A stretch of 63,116 nt of DNA, filler included, from Octopus bimaculoides (Eukaryota): assembly GCF_001194135.2 (NCBI RefSeq). It is 5 parts of 5 records of this genome, joined end to end, with 100 filler letters (N's around TTAATTAATTAA, not from the genome) between each part and the next. Parts side by side here need not be neighbours in the genome. Positions count along the whole stretch, not along the records: positions 47,290 to 63,116 come from NC_068998.1; 4 more parts are not named here. One strand, written 5' to 3'. The notes beneath the pieces are model-generated. The model ran no database searches. It had not been told where the DNA came from and saw only the letters and a program-made list of their open reading frames with translations. Shown here piece after piece: positions 52,687 through 63,116 of the stretch. The translations under genes were made by a program, and so were the position numbers. How positions within the stretch are numbered: the first letter of the stretch is position 1; the number at the start of each line of letters is the position of its first letter.

Positions 52687-53187
52687 CACTCAATACACAG
52701 ACATATATATACATACATACATACATACATACATACATACATACATACATTCATACATACATATACATGCAAGCATATAAATTTAAATCTGATTTATTAA
52801 GCTGTATAAACGTACAACGCCATTGATAGTGTAACATATAAGAAAACCGCCTTAATACGCACTCTAAGAAAGAAAAAACAAGAACTCCAACAAAAAACGA
52901 AATTTCTCACCATTCCTCTTTTTCTTATTGGTACCTTTGTCTTACAATTCCCAATCCATTCTCTAAACTTGAAGAATTTCGCACGACATTGTGTCAAGTT
53001 TCGCTGATTTGTTTTGGTTTGGGTTGTGTTTCTCTTATGATTTTGACATATCTTCTCTTCTTGAAGTCTGTGATGGACCAGAAGTAATTCTGATGAATAG
53101 CGTCGGTGCCAAAACACCAAGACGTCTGTCAGGAATCTACAAATGATTTGATTCCCATGTTTAAAGGTGTTCATGTATGTTTATACA

Positions 53188-53224
<37 letters not shown>

Positions 53225-53317
53225 CACGCATACATATATATATTACATACACAAACACACGCATGCACACATATACACACATATATACATATATTCATAT
53301 ATATATGTATATACGAA

Positions 53318-53357
<40 letters not shown>

Positions 53358-53532
53358 GCATATACAAAAACATATATCTACATATAGAAAGACAGACACA
53401 CAGGCAGACAGACACACAGACAGACAGACAGACAGACAGACACACAGACAGACACACAGACAGACACACAGACAGACACACAGACAGACACACAGACAGA
53501 CACACAGACAGACACACAGACAGACACACAGT

Positions 53533-53608
<76 letters not shown>

Positions 53609-53754
53609 AAAACAGACGACAGACAGAAAGGCAGACGACAGATAGATAGATAGATAGATAGATAGGTACGTGTGTGTGTCTGGTTTTATAACTCATACTG
53701 GGTATGAGGGAAAAAACGACGGTTTTTTGTATACATTCACTTACACACACGCAC

Positions 53755-53801
<47 letters not shown>

Positions 53802-54049
53802 TGTATATACATTTATATACATACACACACTCACATTTATATATATATATAATGTGTGTGTGTATATGTATGGTGAAGAGTTTAAATCTGTTGGGAGCGG
53901 TTGGAGATTCATTGCATTATTTGTATTCTGTGTTTCACGTGATGTTTATCAAGCATTGTGAATACAGTTATATCCAAAACGTAAGAGGTTGATTCTGATT
54001 GATATCGATATGTTACATGATTGAATACTTTAGGGATCGAAGGTGAATT

Positions 54050-54290
54050 GACTACGATAGTGTAAAGATACGTAGTCCATACCTTGGGCCATCAAGGTAT
54101 GGTCTTTGTTGCCTATATTTGAATTTTTTGCGTTTCTACAATATTTTTTAACTTTTAATCATTCTCGAACTGGACAGGCATATAACATCAAGCCAGCCGA
54201 CACGAAATATATCTTGTGAGACTTCTTTAACGATGTACCTGAAGAGACCCAGACTGATGGATCGAAACATATGTTGTACTTAATAAAAGT
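54050..54290 (+). mobile_element. Penelope-like element 3' end (decayed GIY-YIG C-terminus plus terminal repeat with AATAAA)
   Basis: PYLGPSRYGLCCLY (about PY..GSKRC.LCL) and SRHEIYL (about CRH..K.LL), then a hammerhead motif and AATAAA at 54282. Confidence 0.55.
54235..54279 (+). ncRNA. Minimal type I hammerhead ribozyme motif
   Basis: GUAC-CUGAAGA-GACCC(AGACUGAU)GGAUC-GAAA-C(AUAU)G-UU-GUAC: both core boxes intact, all three helices formable, palindromic loop III. Confidence 0.7.
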
Positions 54291-55789
54291 CTAATACGAA
54301 ATCCATCTCCTACTGTCAATTAATACTATCACCTTGACTGCCACTGCGAAGTCCCTGAAATAAATCCGACGGAAGTGTCCCACAACTGCGGATGACACCA
54401 GGTAGCCTCAATTGTGCCGGTGCTCTACTCAACATTTAAACACACTAATCGAATTATACGTATTTGTCTAAATTTTTCTATTATTATGCACACACACACA
54501 CGCACACATGCATGCATATATACATACACACGCATGCACACACACACACATGCATACATACATATATACATACGTACGAATATACACTCATGCACACACA
54601 TACATACACATATAATACATTGAAGATAGTGAAGTAGGGAACTGAAGTAGGGAGGTGTAGGGGAGAAGAAGCGGGATTGGGGTGGGGGTGTTACCTATTT
54701 CGTTTTCCGTTTTAATCTTTCTTATTTGTTTTTGGTTTTTATTTCTAATTTTTCTTCATGTTTATGATTTTCTTCTAGTTTTCTAAAATATTCTCAGCAT
54801 ATTCTATTGTATACATTTTACACCCACGCACACATACACACACAAGCATACACATACACAGCAAACCGACACACGTACAATGCACATTGTGCAACACACA
54901 CATCAAATTCAACATAAACATTCACTAACACACGCGAACACATTCACATACACAAACATACACACACGTGCACACACACACATACACAGCCTCATAGAAA
55001 CCCAAGCAGCGCTAGAATTGGTTTCAAGTGGTTTTGGGATTTTATAATTGATTAAACTGATAGAGAAATGTTTAAAATTATGCTCCAACTCCCAACTGAC
55101 ACTCGATAAAAATATAATTTGACGATTCAAAATACTATTTCATTGGGTTGAAGCTTCAACTTCGAAATTCTAATCTTAAATTTTATTTTATTTGGACTCT
55201 TCAGTATTTTTCCTTGGTTTCTGAAGTTTTGATATTTCAAATCGAAAAAAGAAAAAGGAATGAATTTGCGAAAATAAAGCAAAGAAACAAATTTTGAATT
55301 CAAATTTCTAACTTTACTAATTGTCACAAGAGTTTCATTCTACATCTTTAGATAAGTATTTCTTTTTTCGGCTTCCATTTCCAAAAATCTAAACCAAACA
55401 TTCTTTTGTTTTTTCTATCAATAATAAAGATAAAGAATGTTACATGAAAGAATCTCGAATGCGGATATGTAACAGAATGGCAGCATTTATACATGAGAAA
55501 TACTAACACGCAATCAAGGAAATGTTAATGTCTTAGCGGAGAACTAATCTGCTGGTGGAATATCGACCACATTCGAAGCATCCTTGGGCAGCGGTTGAGC
55601 TCTCGGTCTAGTGCCTCAGTTCATCTCTTATCCTGAAAACCAGTGGCATTCCAGCCGTGACTAACTCTTCATTTGGGTCTATTATATAATGTTCGTTATT
55701 AATTGAAGACGGTAGAGGAACTTAAAGATTTGTCTGTGACTAGTTCACCCTTTTTAGGGATTTTGTTTAAAGTTCCTTTTATAAGAAAA

Positions 55790-55836
<47 letters not shown>

Positions 55837-56013
55837 CACGCACACTTTCTCTCTCTCACTCTTTCACAGATATTAGCACACAAATCTAAAAACGAAGAAA
55901 CCACAAACACATACGTAATACATACTTAGCAGGCAATACGCTTCTTTACAACGATATATACTTATGTGTGTGTGTGTGTGTGTGTGTATGTGTACACACA
56001 CTCTCTCTCTCTG

Positions 56014-56054
<41 letters not shown>

Positions 56055-56494
56055 TATATGTATGTATGTATGTATGTATATACCCATGTATAAACGCAGA
56101 TATACGTATGTGCGTCAACCCTCGCCCCTTTTCGCACCCACACCTGTTTCTGATTATAAAGGCTGATTAAGCCGTGAAGATTTTAAGATTTTTGCCTATT
56201 TAATGTAAGTGTGAGAGAGCGATTTCTAAGTCATACGCCTAGAAGCAAAGAATAAAATATTTGATACGACCGAAAATTAATCGAATGTAGCATGCACATT
56301 ACAAGATTCCCAAATCAGCTTCTTTTATCTTTTAACGTATAATTAAATTCATCGTTTGGCCATTTTAGGATCCAGGCTTCCCTTCGACTTCCAGCTTCTG
56401 TTCATCTACCTCAGGGTATGTGGGTGGGTACGTGGTATGTGTGTATACATGTACATATACATGAATATATATACACATATACATTTATATATGC

Positions 56495-56569
<75 letters not shown>

Positions 56570-57324
56570 TACATATACACACATATATAGCTATTGAAAT
56601 ACTTTACTGATTGATGGAATATTCTCTATAATGATACAGCATAATATATCGTATCTCATTATAGCCTATCACTTCATTTTACGCATACTGTGTCAAATAC
56701 TTCATACGTACATACACATACGCACACGCCGCACACACGCAAGTACACACACATGCATACGCACATATTTAGATAAATAGATAGATAGATGCGTGCATTC
56801 ATATACACACATAAATATGTATTGCACACATACATGATGTATGTGTTTGGCTATATATATTAATACATGAAGTGCACGTATGTAGGTATGTAGATAAGTG
56901 GATATACAGACAGATAGACAAACAGACAGACAAACAGACATACACTCGTGTATCAAAGGAACATAGATTACATAATTACAGGTATATATACACCTTCATA
57001 TACGTGCAAAGTAACTCATTCACAGATTCAGTAATTCCAAAGCAAAAAGTGCCATTTTGTGAGCGGCTTAAATTCTGCCAAAAAGAATTTTTATAAATCT
57101 CGATGACAAACAGACATTCGTGTATCGAAACCTAGGCTTTCTTCCACCTGGAATGAATATTGTTTTAAAAATCAGCCCAAACCAATGCCAATGTTGGAAA
57201 TATAGGCAAAGAAAGAGACAGATTAACATGGATTTAGCAAATCCAATCTGGAAGCGGAACGGTGGAAATAAGGCGAGACTTTCTAAAGTTTGACGTGTAG
57301 ACTTTGCCCCGTTTCCTTTCAACT

Positions 57325-57655
57325 TTTACTTGTTTCAGTCATTAGATGGCAGCCATGCCAGGGCACCGCCTTGAAGAACTTTTTAATCGGACGGATCGAC
57401 CACAGTACTTATCCTTTTAAGGGCTGGGACTTCTTCTATCAGATACGGGGATGTAAACGCACCAACACTGGTTGTCAAGCAGTGGTGGAGTCAAGCACAC
57501 ACACAAACACGACGAGTTCCTTTTAAGCTTCTACAAATCAAATCCACTAACAAGGCTTTGATCAGCCAGAGAACACTTGCCCAAGGTGCCACACAGTGGG
57601 ACTGAACGCGGAACCATGTGATTGGGAAGCAAATTACTCACCCTATAGTCACGCC
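57325..57655 (-). mobile_element. SINE family A, near full length
   Basis: cttttacttgtttcagtcattagatggcagccatgcc...acacttgcccaaggtgccacacagtgggactgaacgcggaaccatgtgattgggaagcaa. Confidence 0.88.
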
Positions 57656-57973
57656 CGTTCCAGCAAATTCCAGCGACGGGGCTTAGTCAACTGATTACAA
57701 AATGTTATTCCGTCAACTATATTGGTTCGTTTCTTTCCATATTTACCATTCATATAATCGGTATTTTCGCCAGGATTTACTGTTCGTATTGAATGTTATC
57801 TGCATTAAGAGGATAATGTTTTCTGATATCCTGACCCATAAATTCTGTCAACCAAGATATTGTATGGAATGTTGACTTGGTATTTGACAGGGCTCCCTGG
57901 GACCCTTGTTCACTAAACATACGTACATATATGTGTGCATGTGCCTCTGTGTGTATGTGTGTGTGTATGTGTT

Positions 57974-58056
<83 letters not shown>

Positions 58057-59003
58057 CTATATCTATATCTACACACACACGGACGCACACACCCACCAAC
58101 ACATATATATATAGCATGTTTGTATATATACANNNNNNNNNNNNNNNNNNNNNNNNNNNNNNNNNNNNNNNNNNNNNNNNNNNNNNNNNNNNNNNNNNNN
58201 NNNNNNNNNNNNNNNNNNNNNNNNNNNNNNNNNNNNNNNNNNNNNNNNNNNNNNNNNNNNNNNNNNNNNNNNNNNNNNNNNNNNNNNNNNNNNNNNNNNN
58301 NNNNNNNNNNNNNNNNNNNNNNNNNNNNNNNNNNNNNNNNNNNNNNNNNNNNNNNNNNNNNNNNNNNNNNNNNNNNNNNNNNNNNNNNNNNNNNNNNNNN
58401 NNNNNNNNNNNNNNNNNNNNNNNNNNNNNNNNNNNNNNNNNNNNNNNNNNNNNNNNNNNNNNNNNNNNNNNNNNNNNNNNNNNNNNNNNNNNNNNNNNNN
58501 NNNNNNNNNNNNNNNNNNNNNNNNNNNNNNNNNNNNNNNNNNNNNNNNNNNNNNNNNNNNNNNNNNNNNNNNNNNNNNNNNNNNNNNNNNNNNNNNNNNN
58601 NNNNNNNNNNNNNNNNNNNNNNNNNNNNNNNNNNNNNNNNNNNNNNNNNNNNNNNNNNNNNNNNNNNNNNNNNNNNNNNNNNNNNNNNNNNNNNNNNNNN
58701 NNNNNNNNNNNNNNNNNNNNNNNNNNNNNNNNNNNNNNNNNNNNNNNNNNNNNNNNNNNNNNNNNNNNNNNNNNNNNNNNNNNNNNNNNNNNNNNNNNNN
58801 NNNNNNNNNNNNNNNNNNNNNNNNNNNNNNNNNNNNNNNNNNNNNNNNNNNNNNNNNNNNNNNNNNNNNNNNNNNNNNNNNNNNNNNNNNNNNNNNNNNN
58901 NNNNNNNNNNNNNNNNNNNNNNNNNNNNNNNNNNNNNNNNNNNNNNNNNNNNNNNNNNNNNNNNNNNNNNNATATATATATATATATATATACATATATA
59001 TAC

Positions 59004-59035
<32 letters not shown>

Positions 59036-59105
59036 GCAAATCCAGATTGCTTTACGTTTATGTTGATGTGGTTATATAGATCCCGTTACTCATATATTTC
59101 GCACA

Positions 59106-59138
<33 letters not shown>

Positions 59139-59725
59139 GCACCAAACACACACATACAGGTTTGCTCGTATTTATCCTCATATATAGCACACTTTCATAA
59201 TTTCTGTTCTTATGTAAAATACACACACGCACGCACGCACGCACGCACGCACGCACATATGTTTGTATCCATGTATGCCTATGCGTTGTGGGTGTGAGTT
59301 TTATTAATGTTTAAACATATCGCATGAATATATATTTCATTTTATGCATAACACAGAGAAAGACACTGGCATACAAATGCATACACACACACACACACAC
59401 ATACATACATACATACATACATACATACATACATACATACATACATGCATATTTTTGTGAGTTGGTTTGTGAGAAATTATTTGTGCCTGTCTGGATATGT
59501 GCAAAATATTGAAATATATTCAGTGAATATATATTGCCATTTATTCAACGACACACACACCCGCCCTGCCCCCTGCACACACACCCATGCACACATAAGC
59601 ACACACACACACACTCATATATATATGCGCATCCATACGTATACTCACGCGTAGACATACATATGGACATATTACATATATGTGTATGTGCATGATTATA
59701 TTCAAATATTTATGTATATGCATAC

Positions 59726-59813
<88 letters not shown>

Positions 59814-60451
59814 ATATATGTGTGAGTGTGTGTGTATATGTATAGACATATATGAATGCGTGTGTGTGTGAGTGTGTGAATTGTATTCCAATTACTTGGA
59901 TCGCCGTGCTGATGGAGTATGTGATGCAACCTGCTCGCAGCTGGGGAAGATATTTCACTCAAGAGAATTCAATAAGCATTACAGGTATACGAGTAGCAAC
60001 CTGCATGTACAAAAAAGGCATACGGGTACATGATTGATGACAACTTGCACTTGGGTAATGATACTCTGGTACATGAATAACGACATTTGTGCGACACACG
60101 AGAAGATGAATTGTTTGTCGCACGATTATATAAAATTATTCATCACGCTAAATTTTACATATTTTTAGGCAGATTTTTAACTGAGACCCACGTAATCAAC
60201 ATTAAACGTGGACATAGAAATAGATACCCGTTTGTCTTTTTAATAAATCGCTATGCAAAAGAGGACTCTGCGACAAAATTATCCAGAAACAACGAGATGG
60301 AGAACACGATGAGTAATAGAAATGAATTTAAACCATTCTCCGATGCAGCAGCTATTTTGCTTTAAAGACTGTCACATACGGATAAAATGTCGCCAAGTAT
60401 TTTGTCCGGCGTACTAATCATTCTGCCCACTCGCCACGTTAGTAACGATAA

Positions 60452-60661
60452 CAATTCTTTCTATTCAAGGCACAAGGCTTGAAATTTGTGGGAGGAGGAC
60501 AGTCGATTACATCGACCCCCAGTGTTCCACTGCTACTTATTTGATCGGCCCCGAAAGGATAAACGGCAAAGTCGATCTTGAACTCAGAACGTAGCGGCAG
60601 TGGAAATACCACCGCTAAACATTTCGCCCGGTGTGCTCGTGGTTCTGCCAGCCCGCCGCCT
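60452..60661 (-). mobile_element. SINE family B, full length, with 13-bp flanking direct repeat; further decayed copies at ~60380-60438 and ~60775-60950
   Basis: Ends ...ttctgccagcccgccgcc. The 13-mer ttagtaacgataa occurs at 60439-60451 and 60662-60674. Confidence 0.88.
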
Positions 60662-60670
60662 TTAGTAACG

Positions 60671-60739
<69 letters not shown>

Positions 60740-62842
60740 GTCGTACTAATTGTCTAACTAATTGTACTAACACAGGAAGAGGGACAAAAGTTTGGGGTTG
60801 GTAGGTGAGTCAGATCACTGGCCCTCGGTGTTTGGCTGTTTCTTATTTTACGTGACCCAAGAAATAAGAAAAACAAAACAAATCAACCGAGGCGAGTTCG
60901 AACTCCGAACGACAAAGGATGCTGCTTAATACTACAAGCAATTTCTTTACGCCACATTCAGCCGAGCACGAATTTTATCTGGTTCAGAAGCAGATATAGA
61001 AATCCTCGCATGGAATTGGTGAAGTGAAATGAAAGGAAGCAAATAAATTTGACTGTAACCTAAACGTGTAGTTTTTCATTGGTTTCTGAACGGTTGAATG
61101 TTGTGTGGAACGCAAGGTGGACCACCACCACCAATATAACCACCATCAGCACTACACCATCACCACTACTACTATCACCATCACCATAATCAGCATCACA
61201 ACTACCAGCTGCACTACCACCAACACTACTACTACTATTATGATGATGATGATGATGTTGATGATGATGATTATGATGACGACGACGATGAGAAAGGGGA
61301 GGAAGAGGTGGAGGTTGAAGAGGATATATATATTTGTTTTAAAACGTCATCTCATCGATAATTATCAGCAACAGAGTCTTTTGATGTGGTGATTGTATAA
61401 TATTGATTTAGTAACATCGACTTATCAAGACTTCAGAACGTAGAGAGTTCCAAAAGATCCATGCTGAATAGAACTATGCATACACACACCCTACCCCCCC
61501 CTCTCTCTCTCTTTAACCCAAGCCAGCTTCAATATGGTTTCCAACATTTGGATTCAAAAGAAAATCAACATTTTTAACTTACGTTAATCTTACTCTGACA
61601 CATTAACAACCCAACAACAGAAGGCAACTTCTAAGTAACTCGTAGATAACATACAAATTAGAAAACTAATTTGATAATAAACCGATACGATACTAACTAG
61701 TAGAATTTCTAATGAACCAATAAGCTGAAGGCATACTATTTAATGAACGCACTAATTAAACAAATTAATCAGTAACATATTAATTAGTGAAGCTTATTAT
61801 TTACAAATAAACTGGTTACATACTGATTAGTGGTATAACTAATTAACTAATAAGCTGATAACATGCCAATTAGTGAACTTGATACTCCAAACAACACACC
61901 AATTTGTCATCCTTCACGCTAGCCTTAAACTCGTTCATTGGACTCACCCACCCATTTTGCATTTTTCTTAGTGTGCCATCATCTCTATAGAATCCTCTTT
62001 TTGCCCATGTTTTCTCCTGAAGATGTCAGCCTACAACTATTCAAGCTGAACCTAAGCTGCATTAATCTCACTAATCAGGAAAGACGCCGTGAAAGTGAGG
62101 GGCATAAAATGACACTTTACGACTTGCCAATCGTTTAACTTTATTTAATTAGGGATAGAACAGCACATTTGGATAATATAATCCACGATACACTGTATTT
62201 CAAGACCGAAATTATGCACTAGTTTCAGTTAGAAACGTCTTTGACTATAGATTCACCAGTTGCAGGGTCGGCCTAGGGTTAAACAGCAGCAACAATTAAC
62301 AAAATTGTGTGAATGTAACTCATGTCTGACAGATGTGAGACCGATTGTTGTTGCTGTTGTATCGTTTGGATCAAAGGTATTCCAGTCGTGACCATTCCAA
62401 CTTTATCCTGTTTGTAGGTAATCCAGGTTCAAGTTACTCTTTTCCAAGAAAGTGTGATATGATGTGAGGGTGGTTTAGCAGCTGCTTCAAGCAGGTCAAG
62501 CCACACTGCTAATATAAGCAGCTAATGATATACTTTGAAATACTGGAATCTCTGATATCTTGACATCTTACTCGGACTCATTTTTATGTAGAGGAAGATG
62601 GATATTGAGAGCGACCTAGGGCTTAACCACAACAACAACAACAACAACAGTAGTTTGCTGTCCAATGGCTTGCTCTCCAGAATTGTTAAAACTCTGGAGC
62701 GATCACGTTTGATGAATATTTTTCTACAGATCATAACGTGTAGACTTTGAAATACGCCTTATCTCTCTGAGAGGTCACATTATAACTTAATGTCCTGGTC
62801 GTCTTTTTCCGAGACAGACAGGCAGGCAGGCAGACAGACAGG

Positions 62843-62885
<43 letters not shown>

Positions 62886-63023
62886 TCAGAGGGGTAGCGA
62901 GACCGACAGACAGATTAATCGAGAATGTATATGTAGTTATTTAGGTGTAGTTATTCGCGTGTGTATATTTGTGCGTACATAGTTGCTTGAACCGATCATC
63001 GTATATAGCGGCAACTCTCTCTC

Positions 63024-63116
<93 letters not shown>

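Larger units (their letters stand above)
1..63116. repeat. Pervasive microsatellites: (TA)n, (CA)n, (TATG)n, (GATA)n, (CAGA)n, (TAA)n, (GAA)n, (TAC)n, (AAC)n, (CT)n
   Basis: Directly visible throughout. Compound trinucleotide arrays at 27530-27615, 39000-39320, 42750-42900 and 61120-61290. Most N gaps are bordered by (TA)n or (CA)n. Confidence 0.99.

Noticed and set aside
52911-53138. Open minus-strand frame with splice-like ends (ORF 52797-53174)
   Set aside because: Weak acceptor, no recognisable domain, and other frames look equally protein-like.
54077-54102. 10-bp hairpin ccataccttg/caaggtatgg as a separate structured RNA
   Set aside because: It is short and lies within the decayed PLE coding remnant, with no independent support.
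23036-59079. Long ORFs (200-450 aa) in the ORF track
   Set aside because: They consist of X from N gaps and dipeptide repeats (YI, HT, CV, TD) from microsatellites, with no coding signal.
1-63116. CRISPR arrays, operons or prokaryotic defence systems
   Set aside because: Eukaryotic repeat-rich DNA with no repeat-spacer arrays and no gene-dense segments.

Overview
This is AT-rich eukaryotic DNA saturated with microsatellites and interrupted by many N gaps. The repeat landscape looks like an octopus (cephalopod) genome; that assignment is inference. No complete host protein-coding gene can be supported, and nearly all ORF-track entries are read-through of microsatellites or N gaps. The window is a transposon graveyard: mariner and maT/DD37D, pogo, hAT, possible Helitron and piggyBac remnants, three R4/Dong-clade LINE pieces in (TAA)n tracts, Penelope-like (PLE) fragments, three tRNA-derived SINE families (called A, B, C here) and a 5S rRNA pseudogene. 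The most interesting observations are: (1) a minimal type I hammerhead ribozyme motif with an intact core in a PLE 3' end at 54235-54279, with a decayed relative at about 49960; (2) a ~440-bp palindromic element with two divergent tRNA-like Pol III heads at 32590-33026; (3) a ~320-bp module duplicated 9.6 kb apart, carrying an exon-like unit whose splice donor is dead in one copy; (4) a 5S pseudogene lying head-to-head with a SINE. All translations and alignments were done by eye, and element boundaries are approximate unless a TSD or splice site is quoted.
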